From Elsinoe ampelina (taxonomy: Eukaryota): DNA of 63,923 nt. The DNA lies in contig ML992506.1 in assembly GCA_010093995.1 (NCBI GenBank), positions 975,196 through 1,039,118 of the forward strand, read 5' to 3'. The notes beneath the pieces were generated by a model. The model was given only the letters and a program-made list of their open reading frames with translations, searched no databases and had not been told where the DNA came from. Made by a program: the position numbers and the translations under genes. Below, one piece after another: positions 34,675 through 45,169 of this stretch. Position 1 is the first letter of the stretch; each line of letters begins with the position of its first letter.

Positions 34675-37404
34675 ATGGACGTCCACCGCTCGAGGTTCGT
34701 CCCTTACCCAGCCTCCCCGATCAGCGCCATCGCTTTCTCCAGGACGAACGACAACGATGTACCGGATCCCAAGCCCGCTTTGAAACTTGCCATCGGGCGC
34801 GCAGACGGAAGTATCGAGCTATGGAACCCAGGAAAAGCGAATTGGGTGCAAGAGGTGGTCTTTCCTGGTAGTGAAGGAAGCAGCATCGAAGGACTGGTAT
34901 GGACGCAAGATCCAAACGAAGTCGACCCTAGTGGCAATGCCATAGTAGGGCAGCTGCGGCTGTTCAGCATCGATTCGACTGCTGCGGTGACGGAATGGAA
35001 CTTGAGTACTGGAAGACCTCAAAGGATCTCCACTGGCAACTTCTCGGAGGTGTGGTGCATTGCGGCGCAACCCCGACAGAGACTGGATTATGCCGCGAAG
35101 GGGGGAGAATGGACTGGCCAGGATATTGTTGTGGGATGTGGTGACGGCACGTTGGCTCTTTTAACGACGGCGGAGGATGACTTGACATTCAAGAGATTCC
35201 TTGCGAGATCGGGATCGAAGAAGACGAGGTGCATGAGCGTGGCGTGGCAGAACAGAGATACCGTGGTTGCTGGGTTCTCTGATAGCTCTGTCAGAATCTA
35301 TGACGTGCGGAGTGGATCGATCGTGAGAACCATGAGTCTAGGAACTGGTGTGCCAGGAGCGTCCAAGAATGTTCTGGTCTGGAGAATCAAGTGTCTACCA
35401 AACGGCGACATTGTCTCTGCAGACTCGAATGGACAGGTCATCTTCTGGAACGGCAAGACATACAGCATGTCCCAACGGATAGCTGGCCATGATTCGGACT
35501 GTCTGGACATTGTCACAAGCACGGATGGACAGACAGTCTTTTCTGGAGGTATCGATGGAAAGGTGGCAGTCTACAAGGTGACTGACAAGGATGGAAACAA
35601 GCGCAAATGGGCCAAACTCAGTCACCGACGGATACATCAAGGTGATCTCAAATCCATGGCCGTGTACGACTCGAAACAGATGAGTGTTGTTGTAACTGGA
35701 GGTGCTGATACGGTGCCGTCTGTCATGCCACTCAAACAGCTCAACAAGGAGAACCATCGAAGACTGCCTGGACTACCACAACGCCAGCCGCTAGTTAGTG
35801 CACCCCACGTCCGCCTTTTGGTTTCGTGGTGGGAGCGAAGCGTGTCAATCTGGCGTATCGGACCCCAAGAGTCGTTCTCGCTTGCTCCATCTGTTCAAAG
35901 CAGGAAGCTTGTGGGTGGTGTCACCATCAAGGGCGAAGACAACGTGGCAGCAGTTGCAATCTCCGCCGACGGCCGAGTCTTGTCAGTAGCCACGGCGACA
36001 GCTACGAAGCTCTTCCAGTTGCGCTCGTCCCGAGATCCAGCTGACCCTCGCCTTCGCTGTCGGTCGGTGACACTACCAGCAGATATCAGCAGCACCGGGT
36101 CTCGTCTGCTGAATATCTCACCCGACGGCAGATGGCTTACGCAGATCACGATGGCAAACGAGATCTTGGTTCATCGCATCATTCCATCGGCGGAGAATCC
36201 GAAACATATTGCTGTTGTCCCCCAACATGCAGAGCTCGCACGCGTCTTTCGCAAGAAGACTTCGCAGTGTGGTCTCGGCAAGTATGAAAGCACCATTACG
36301 CAAGCAGTGTTTGCGCCTGATACCTCCCTATTCTGTGTTGCCGATCTTGCTGGGCACGTTGAGACATTTGCACTGAACGGCGAGTTATCCGCGTCTGCTG
36401 CTCCAGCTGAACGTGTGAAACCCATCAAAGCACGCGGCAAGAAGACGCCAGTCAAGAAGCGACCGAACGATTCGGACAGCGATGACAGTTCATCTTCATC
36501 AGAGGACGAAGACGATCTGCCACTCGCATTCTATGGACAAAGTTGGACCACTCATCCATCAGCTGAGAAACTACCCAAACTGGACTCACAAGCATTGATC
36601 ATGGCATTCCATCCGGAAGCCGGTCTCGAGAGCTTACTTTTCGTAGTCACGCAGCATCACCAAGTGTATGAGCTAGACATTCAGAAGGGCAAGCTCAGCG
36701 ACTGGAGCAGACGAAACCCAACAAGCGTTTTCCCACCAGAGTGGAGGGGCATCAAAGACAGAGCAATGGGACTAGTATGGGACTTTGATTCTACCGGCGC
36801 GGCCAAAGAAACCTCGGGCAAACGGCAAGCACGCGCATGGCTCTACGGCAGTTCGTGGCTTGGGATGCTAGACATTAGCCAAGAATTCGCCTCAACGCAA
36901 GTCGCCGCTGCAAATGGACCGACATCGACTGAGCTTGTGGCAAGTGGCAAGAGGAAGCGCCTCGTAGAAGAATTGCCATGGGCATCACGAACGGGCGACC
37001 GCCGGAGCAAGAAAGGCAGAAGCGGCGCCGGTGATCAAGTGCGAGATGCGGAGAAGGGCGGCTTCGTGGCACCAATTGCTGAAGCTGCCAAGTCTGAAGA
37101 CGAAGACGTTGATGCTATGGATGTGGATGAGGACTTGGGGCCATTGAGAAGAATTGATGAGAGCGAAGCTGAGGATAGCTCAAGCAAAGAGACGGACGAG
37201 AAGCAGAGGCGGAGATGGTGGTGTACTTATAAGTATCGGCCGATACTGGGCGTTGCTCCATTGAGTAGAGAGGCTCCCATCATGGATGGCATAGATGGTG
37301 GAAATGCGCTGCAGAAGAGGCGAGTGAAGGGCTTCGAGCGCGAGCCCATGGAAGTGGTGTTGGTGGAGAGACCGCACTGGGATCTGGAGCATTTGCAGAG
37401 ATAG
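34675..37404 (+). CDS. UTP4: U3 snoRNA-associated protein 4 (WD40, SSU processome t-UTP)
   Basis: Diagnostic N-terminus MDVHRSRFVPYPASPISAIAFS, LAIGRADGSIELWNP, WD repeats, LSDWSRRN, and C-terminal YKYRPILG...VVLVERP. Confidence 0.95.
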   Translation: MDVHRSRFVPYPASPISAIAFSRTNDNDVPDPKPALKLAIGRADGSIELWNPGKANWVQEVVFPGSEGSSIEGLVWTQDPNEVDPSGNAIVGQLRLFSIDSTAAVTEWNLSTGRPQRISTGNFSEVWCIAAQPRQRLDYAAKGGEWTGQDIVVGCGDGTLALLTTAEDDLTFKRFLARSGSKKTRCMSVAWQNRDTVVAGFSDSSVRIYDVRSGSIVRTMSLGTGVPGASKNVLVWRIKCLPNGDIVSADSNGQVIFWNGKTYSMSQRIAGHDSDCLDIVTSTDGQTVFSGGIDGKVAVYKVTDKDGNKRKWAKLSHRRIHQGDLKSMAVYDSKQMSVVVTGGADTVPSVMPLKQLNKENHRRLPGLPQRQPLVSAPHVRLLVSWWERSVSIWRIGPQESFSLAPSVQSRKLVGGVTIKGEDNVAAVAISADGRVLSVATATATKLFQLRSSRDPADPRLRCRSVTLPADISSTGSRLLNISPDGRWLTQITMANEILVHRIIPSAENPKHIAVVPQHAELARVFRKKTSQCGLGKYESTITQAVFAPDTSLFCVADLAGHVETFALNGELSASAAPAERVKPIKARGKKTPVKKRPNDSDSDDSSSSSEDEDDLPLAFYGQSWTTHPSAEKLPKLDSQALIMAFHPEAGLESLLFVVTQHHQVYELDIQKGKLSDWSRRNPTSVFPPEWRGIKDRAMGLVWDFDSTGAAKETSGKRQARAWLYGSSWLGMLDISQEFASTQVAAANGPTSTELVASGKRKRLVEELPWASRTGDRRSKKGRSGAGDQVRDAEKGGFVAPIAEAAKSEDEDVDAMDVDEDLGPLRRIDESEAEDSSSKETDEKQRRRWWCTYKYRPILGVAPLSREAPIMDGIDGGNALQKRRVKGFEREPMEVVLVERPHWDLEHLQR

Positions 37405-37575
37405 TCACGAATCAAGAGATGCTGATGATTCTGTTCGACGAGCAGGCCCGTAGATCCGCGTATCATACTGTAGATCGATTGCAAAGATGTCAACAGTGAT
37501 GCTGGGTATGGTGTTGACTTGTGTGGGGGAGGAAAAAGGATTGATTACTGCCTGATCCACCAAACTGAGGTGGAT

Positions 37576-37770
37576 TGTAACTACATAAATACTTAACCAG
37601 ATAAACTAAGAGATAGATAAATCAATAGAACTCCTAAGTAACAACAGATTAAGACAATAATTATCTAATTTAATCATAGATTAGTAAAATGGTAAGATAG
37701 TGTTTAGTTCAACCTTAGGATAAACTAAATTAGGGTCTTCTTAGCGCTCTAGCTTATGCCTCGGTTGACA
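37576..37770 (-). repeat. 3' LTR (~195 bp) of the Copia element
   Basis: Bounded by TGTAAC...GTTGACA and starts at the GC/AT boundary. A polypurine tract (minus strand TAAAGGGGTA, 37771-37780) sits directly before it. Confidence 0.7.
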
Positions 37771-39556
37771 TACCCCTTTACTAAGTAGCTATAACTCTAT
37801 AATAGCTAGTTAGTGGACTACTAACTCGAGGGATAGCTATTATAAGAAGGCCTTATACCTTCTAGGTAGTAATAACTTAGTTAATCTATTAGCTAAGGTG
37901 TCTACTAATAGTGTCTATGTCACTAAGATAGGGCTAGATAGATCTCTAGCTAGATTGATCTCTTGTCTTAGCTAGTAATAATAAATATTAACATAGTAAA
38001 GGCGTATATTTAGCTTCTTAATTAGAGTAGTAATAAGACTAATAGTTTACTAATTGTTATACTAAATACTAACATGTTTAAGGGGATAAATAGAGGCTAT
38101 TAGCCTCCTCTACTATATAGCTTGCTTAGTAGTCTCTACAAGAGTAAGTAATTTAGCTTCTATGCTTAAGGTTATAACTATTAGCTACTTAGTAGCCTTC
38201 TAGTTAATTAAGCCTTAGAACATCTTAAATAGATAGCCTTAAAGGCTCTTCCTTAAAGAGTAACTACTAAAGCTAGCATCTAATAAGGCTTAGAAGATTA
38301 GAGGTAGCATTAAGCTATTAAAGGTAAGAGCTAGATCTTTAGTTTTATAGAGATACTAGATTACTCTATTTACTAGCCTCTAGTAAGTTAGTAATAGATT
38401 AGTTAAGTGCTCTAACAATCTAGAAGTAGTAAAGGCAACATTAGGCCTTATAATAACAGCTATAAAGTTAATAGATCTAATCTTCTACTAGTATAGATAG
38501 ATCTCTTATAGTAATACTTAGCCTTTATAAGGCTAGAGTATCTTAATTAAAAGTAGTATTAATATTAGCCTTATTAGCTCTATAATAAACTTACTATATA
38601 TCTACTATATATACTAGGCTTAACTAAGCTATAGCTTCTTAGTTGCTCTATCCCTTATAACTTAGATAGCTAGAAACTAGCTTAGATCTCTAAGTACCTT
38701 TATCTTATATTTAGTATAGAGAGCTATAATAACAAAATTAGCCTTCTCCTTATACTTCTTAAGATATATAATAGTAATATTATCTACAAAGAAGAAGATT
38801 ATTACTTTAGAGGTTAGCTAGAGATAAGAAGCCTTAGGAGCCTAAGTAAAACTAATACTCTTTAGAGTAGTAGTAAATTTAGTATACTAGAGAGCTAGAG
38901 CTTATTTAAGACTATATAAGGCTTTATTAAGCAAGAGGATTATATCTAATAGAGTAATACTAGAGTAGTCCTTTATAAGCTCCTCTATAACTAACTTAAA
39001 TCTAGAAGGGATAGTATAGTAGGTAGTCTTATTAATAGAGCTATTAATATAGGCATTAATAATATCTATCTAGACAGCCTCTATATCTTTATAAGCAAGT
39101 AGAGCTATAAGCATTCTAAAGATCTTAGCTGCTAGAGTTACTATATAAGTCTTAGATTTTGTTAATTAGAGATTACTCCTTATATAGACTTTTACTTTAT
39201 ACTTTATAACCTCTCCTTTATTATTAACTTTATAGGTAAATACCTATATTAAAGGAATAAGCTTACTAGTAGCTTAAGCTACTAGTATAATAGTCTATAT
39301 ATACTTTAAGTATAAAGTAAGTAATTTAGCCTTTATAGCCTCTTAAAATTACTTCTTATAAGAATAAGCCTTAAGTTCTCTAATATTAGCTAGTAGTAGT
39401 AGGAGATTGTCCCTTAATTCTAGCTAAGGCTAAGTTAGTGTTATTAATAGATAAGCATTAAAGGCTTAGTAATATCTAGAAGCCTTATTAGTTTATATAA
39501 GGGTAGTAATATATACTTACCTTCTTAGTTTTCTTATTCTTTTTATTATAAGGATA
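37576..39556 (-). mobile_element. Ty1/Copia LTR retrotransposon, RT-RNaseH and 3' LTR part (RIP-inactivated)
   Basis: De-RIPed minus-strand motifs: RDNLPPPP (~39400), WVFTYK (~39235), DIVNAY (~39055), LNKALYGLKQAP (~38915), FFVDD (~38785), and RNaseH HVDIHHHWLRQE...ADGLTK (~37875-38005). Confidence 0.9.
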
Positions 39557-39586
39557 CGTTATAAAAGTCCTAAGCGTAGAGAGTTA
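39557..39586 (+). repeat. Left terminal inverted repeat
   Basis: CGTTATAAAAGTCCTAAGCGTAGAGAGTTA versus the reverse complement of the right end, TATTATAAAATCCCTAACGCTAGAGAGCTA: 22/30 identical, and 4 of the 8 mismatches are transitions. Confidence 0.75.
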
Positions 39587-39638
39587 GAATATTAGGTTTC
39601 TCTATATTAAACTAAGTTTAACTACGTTAGGTTACTAC

Positions 39639-39709
39639 AAACGCACCGTACCTACCTAAATTTAGTTAAACACACTATACCTATCTAATTTTAGTTAAAC
39701 GTACTATAC
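39639..39709 (+). repeat. Subterminal 29-bp tandem repeat (~2.5 copies)
   Basis: AAACGCACCGTACCTACCTAAATTTAGTT / AAACACACTATACCTATCTAATTTTAGTT / AAACGTACTATAC. Confidence 0.85.
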
Positions 39710-39756
39710 GTGCCTTAGATTAGATAAACGCTCTACTTGCCGCGACTAGAATAGAT

Positions 39757-40515
39757 ATAGAAATTAATAAGTATCTTCCGGAGAGAGCCCTCTAAGCTAG
39801 TGTTATTATAGATCTTGTCTACTAGATAGAGGAGAAGTATATACTCTATATTATTAGAGCTTAGTATAGAAGCGCTTTTGCTATAATAGGAAAGTAGACA
39901 TTATACGCCTTATTCTTTAGCTTACAACATAAAACCCTAAACTAATATATACTTATTCTAACTCTATTTTATCGTCTCTACTTAGTTGTCTATTAAGGTA
40001 TTAGATGTCTCTAAAGATAAGTACTTTCGCGTAACTATATAGCTAGCGACAAAGGTTAATACTAACAAAAAGCGCCTCTATCGCTCTATAGCCTATAAGT
40101 TCTACTATCTAGCGGCCTATATCGTTAACAATGTAAAACAAGCTTATAGAGGGGCATTTATAACTTAGACTTATAGATATAAGGAAGCTTTTCCCGAGAA
40201 GAACTTAATTATTATAGCTAAGCACAGTTATAACATTAAGTATAAATACCTATAGACCTGTTCTAGTACTTAGAAGTCGTTAGTAACGTAGGAAGAGAAT
40301 AACGATAGGAGCTAGATATACTATATTAATAGTAGCTATAGTAGTAAGGCTATAGCCTATTCTAAGAAGATTAATACTAATATAGACAGGTACGGGAAAT
40401 GTAATAGATATTTAGTTTAGGCTAAGCTAATCCCTTGTCTACTAACACGGAATAGTATACCTACTAGAAGAATAATTCTAGAGCTACAAAAGACTACCTA
40501 GAAAAGTAAGGTCTA
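39757..40515 (+). pseudogene. SprT-like (GCNA/ACRC-type) zinc metalloprotease, RIP-mutated
   Basis: gcc tat aag ttc tac tat cta gcg (40091-40114) reverts by transitions to AHEFCHLA (HExxH). It is followed by HGGAFxxW, KHSYxIxYKYLWTC and the zinc ribbon HSKKIDxxxDRCGKCxGxLVQxKP (~40355-40430). Confidence 0.8.
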
Positions 40516-41335
40516 ATAGACATTAGTATAGTGTCTAAGTAGCCCCGGAAATAGTACTAAGGATATAGTAGTCTAAATAACAGCTTAAAGGCAGTTATAG
40601 CGGAGAAGTAAATACTCTTTCTAGGAAGTTTAAGATCTACCCTAACTGCCTATCTACGAGGTTATTAGTAAGGAGGTAATTAGTAATAATAAGAGACTTC
40701 TTCCGCTTCTTACTCTTCTCCTTTGCCTTACCGAGCTTAATACTAGCACGGCTATAGACATAGACGAAGGTAGGGGTAGTACGCTTCTTGCCTTACTAGC
40801 TCTTAGCGCTAGTTATAGCAGTTGTCGGAGAGGTAATAGAGGCAGTGTTTAGGTTAAGATCGCGGTACTTTATTGCTATATATTAAAGATAAGGTTACCT
40901 CGACGTGCACTAAGCTTCTAGTAATAACCTATAGTTATAGCTATATACGAGCAATAGTAGTTATAGAGGGAGTAGTAGTAGTAGCTTCGGTTATAGTATA
41001 CCTTACTATAGTAGAGAGCAAGAAGGAAGATATAGAGGAGAAAGAGAGTATTTCTCTCTCGGAGGTAGATATAATAACACTTTTTCCTACTATATTCCGC
41101 CGCCCTACTATTACTACTACTAAGTAGTAGTTATAGTAATAGCGCATGTAGGATAATCTAGTATATAATCTTATAGACAGGATTTGTTATATATATATTA
41201 TATACTAATAATCTTACAAGGAAATACTTACGATCTATATAGATATAAAGGAGACTTTAGAGGACAAGGAAGAGGCTACTTGCTATACTAAAGGGTAGCT
41301 TCTTCCTCGACTTGTTTCTTACGCATAGTATATAT

Positions 41336-42070
41336 ATAGAGATTAACAAGAATATTCCCTAGTAGGTCTTCTAAGCTAGTATTATTATAGATCTTGTCCG
41401 TTAGATAGAAAGGAATAAGTCCTTAGTAACTACTCTAGTAGTATCGAGTAGATCTCTACGATATAATAGTAAATAGAGTAAAGCACTATCGTCTATATCG
41501 GAGTCTTATTAGTAAACTTATTATAGAGAATAAACTTTCCTCTTAGACTACTAACTCCGTTAGTAAAACTAACCTAAAGATAACTTACTAACCTAAGCCT
41601 TTTACCGCTATTACTAAATACTTAGGGTATATCTTAAGTATCTTAAAGACTAACTTCTATAACGCCTCGCTATAATTTCCTAAGCTATTATAATTAGTAA
41701 AGGAATAGACTAACTCTTTAGCGTAAAAACTATATAAGGCACCTTAGGCTATAAACCCTATATAGTTTAGGGACTAACTTAATAATATACAGGTATAAAC
41801 TAACTAGTTAGAGTAATACCTACGAAAGTTATTATAACTTGCCTACCTAATATAGTCTAGTAGTTAACCTAAGTGTACCTAAGCGTTAGGCTGTTAACGT
41901 AAGAGATAATTATTCTAGCTACGAAAGGAGTACTCTAGCTTCGTTAATGCCTACTACGCTTACTAACTATACCTAGGGATCTTAACCTTTCTTATTTTAA
42001 AGCCTTAGCTAGGTAGAGCTATTTAGACTTCTATAACTTATTCTATAGCATGTTATATGTGTCGAAGTTA
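41336..42070 (+). pseudogene. Orphan ORF relic sharing its N-terminal ~25 codons with the SprT-like locus
   Basis: De-RIPed start MEINKNIPQQVFQAGIIMDLVRQME resembles MEINKHLPERALQAGVIMDLVHQME at 39757. Its stops are RIP-type TAA/TAG. Confidence 0.45.
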
Positions 42071-44720
42071 GCTATGTTATTAATATATATCCGGCTGTAT
42101 AGTTTTATTTTATCTACTAGCACGACGTAGATACTATAGTAGATTTACGAGGTAGAGTAGACACGCCTACTAGTAAGGGCATTCTATCTAGCTCGCGCGC
42201 GTCGATTTGTCTAAGGCTTAATTAGTGTTATACTATACTCTTAATTAGCTACTCTATTCGGCCGAGTAGGCTAATATAGATCTACTAGCGCTCCTATATA
42301 GTATAGGCATTAACGCCGGCCCGATCTACTAGACTAGAAGCTATTCTCTATAGTTATTATAAATATAATACAAGCTAGTAACTTACCTTATAGGCTATTA
42401 GGTAATGCTTCGTTAGTGCCTTTATTGTTTGTTGTTTATTCTTATACCTAGAGCTAGTCTTACCTCTTATTACTACGTATCCTCTACTATTTAGTTATAC
42501 ACTAGATAAAGTCTTATTCGTCTATATTAGGATCATTAGGATTATAGTTAGATAGTTTTCTACACTTTAAAGAATAGTAGAACTTAACGTAGAGGTTACT
42601 TACCTAGGAAGAATCTAGTTCGAGTCTATCGGGATCTAGTTTAGTATCGAACTAATTAGAGTATTTAGTTCTCGAGTTAGAGCCTATATTAGCTATACCT
42701 TAACGAGCCTCGCGAATAAACACCGCTATTACTTACTATAGTAATAGCCTAGGTAGCATATTAATAAGCGCCTCTAGTTCTCTTACTATACGCTATATAG
42801 CCTCTCTCTTAGTACTAGACTAGCTAAACTAAGAAGTGATATTCACTGCATTACTTATGCCAACTAGCGTACTCTAGATCTTAATTAGTTTAGTAGCCGA
42901 TAGCCTAACTAACTTCGAGAGGTTGTCGAATACTACTAATATATTTACTAGTTTAGTGTTATAAGTAGTAACCTAGTCTTTCTATCTAGCCTTCTTATTC
43001 GTAAGTTTAAAGGCGTCCTTAATAAAGCGTACATAATTATGCTTTAAATAATTAGAATCGAGGCTAGTAACTACTTCGAAATTATAGATAGCCTTTAAAA
43101 AATGTATTATTAAGTACTATTTCGGAAAGTTAAAGTCGCTCTCTTCTTTCCTGTTACTATAATAGGCCTAGAAGATTTCTTTATACTTGTTTATCCTAAA
43201 GAGCGCAAGGTTAATATACTAGAGTATATCGTCGTTATAGGTCTTATAGTTTACTAGTAATATAAAGTTAACTAGTACGCGTATAAACTTAATAGCTTAA
43301 GGCGCCTTAACCTTCTCGAGTAGCGGCATAAATACTAGAAGTATCTAGCGTATAATACTCTTCTACTCTTAACCTGTCTATTACTTAATAGCTAAGTAGT
43401 GTAAGAAGTGTTAGATGCTAGGAAATACTAGTATACTATCGAAATGCTTGTCAATAATATTAAGTATAATCTTCTTTGCCGAGCGCTAGTAGCCTATTTG
43501 CTATATAGTCTCTCTAGCCTTTATATACCGTAGTAATCTCTATATAGGTATTAAATCCTAGAGTAATTTTCGAGTCTAGTATAAGACGTGTATTAAAACG
43601 CCTTTAAGAAGTTAGTATAGAATATCTAGTACTATCGCGTAGTAAATATTAATATACGAAAGATCCTACGCGAAGTAACTAACTATATAAACCTAAGAGC
43701 TTATATCTATCTTCTTGCTCTGCTACTAACTCTTATGTGCTTCTCTCTATAAGCGCTATTATCGCTACGTAGAGTAGTAAGTTTAGAATAGCATAGTAAC
43801 TACTAGGTTCTCTCTTTTATCTTTACTAATTAGGCAACTTATATAATAATATAGTAACTTTACACTAGTTATAGTAACCTATTCGGCGTAATCTATAGGT
43901 ATAGCGGCAAGTATAGGAAAGTACCTCTACCTCTTTCTATCCGTATAGGAGATTATTTTACTCTCTCTCGAGTAGTAATTAATAATAGCGTTAAAGATTT
44001 TCTTTATATAAGTATAGTAGGTCTTCTCCTTAATAATATTACTACTATCTTTAATAATAGGAAGTAAGCTAATTAGTAACTACTCTAGCTAGTAGTTACT
44101 ATTACGTGCTTCTACCTTTAGGTTGCCTAATAATAGATAGACAGTATATACTATAAGATCTCCTTAATAGTTTATTACCTAGGTCTAATTACTTATAACA
44201 ATTAATAGAATAATAGTAGCCCCTAGTATCCTAAGTCGCTTTTGTGTGTCTTATTACTAGTTACTGCTTGCTATTTCGATATATACTTATTATAGCAGCT
44301 TACTCTCGACAGCTTCTATAAAGACTCTATATAGGCTATAGTCTATGTCTACTACGAAACTGCAATAGCCAAGTAAGAAGTATATTACTATAAGAATATC
44401 TAGATGCTAAAATATGTATCTTTTAGGCCTACGATTAGTATTTAGTATAAAGCTTAAGGTCTGCTAGCCGTTAATACCCCCGCCTATATCTAAATTCTCT
44501 ATCTTCTCTATTAGTTCATTCGTAGTTCGCTAACTAAGGCTCTCTACTAGAGGTTATATACGTAGGTCTTTAAGCAATTACATAATTATAGCTCTACTAA
44601 GTTTCTCCTTTATAAGCTACTAGGTAAGACCTACGTCTATACTACTAATAAAGGCTTACTTTAGTTAAGTCTTGCCTAACTAATTGTGATTTAGTTTATC
44701 GTTAGTGTCGGTGTATATAT
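42043..44720 (-). pseudogene. Plavaka (CACTA/EnSpm-related) transposase, RIP-mutated
   Basis: De-RIPed motifs: WWWDTQKRL..GATIIPLIVMSDQT (~44180-44260), VYLSLGNL, CxDGKRRRCFPILAA..DYAEQ (~43880-43950), PDILHQLLKGV (~43600-43630), FPGIRHF..KQWTGQEQK, FNFPKWH, KDAFKLTNKK, and C-terminal IHVVP...YINN..DFDTY. Confidence 0.88.
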
Positions 44721-45144
44721 TATAGACTTAGAGAGATCTAGACAAGATTAGTTAACGCGAACTAAGAATAAACTATGTCTATAACTAACTCTTCGCTACT
44801 AGCTAGTATACTAGTAGCTATCTCGAACGTAGTATAATTAGATATAGCTCTACTAGATAAGGACAACCTCCTAGCACTCTACCCTATAGATATACTACTA
44901 GTTGTACTTACTATAATTACTTACTCTTTCTTATGCGTGCCTTCTATTATAACCTTATCTATGCCCTCCTCTTCCTCGTGTACGTCGCTATCGAGCCTAC
45001 TATTACTATTACTGTCTGTTCTATATGCTAGAGGTCGAGAGTTAAGGTTAGTAAAGAGACTAAGAGAATTATCCGCTATACTATACTATATAGTAGGTAA
45101 AGGGGAAAGGACACTCTCCGCTAGCTATAGACTTTCGTTTCTAC
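44719..45144. repeat. Direct repeat block A (copy 1; copy 2 at 52071-52496)
   Basis: ~426 bp colinear with 52071-52496 at an offset of 7352; differences are mostly transitions. Confidence 0.92.
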
Positions 45145-45169
45145 TCTAGTGTTTAGTTCGATTCTTAGT

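Noticed and set aside
39639..39709. CRISPR-like array from the 29-bp repeats (also the 12-bp and 100-bp repeats)
   Set aside because: These are head-to-tail tandem units with no unique spacers, in a eukaryotic context.
40690..41150. Possible Zn2Cys6 gene relic on the minus strand (CxxxxPCxxC-like plus basic tail)
   Set aside because: Cys spacing of the first half does not fit, and most Cys must be inferred from TAT codons. It may be coding, but the family cannot be supported.
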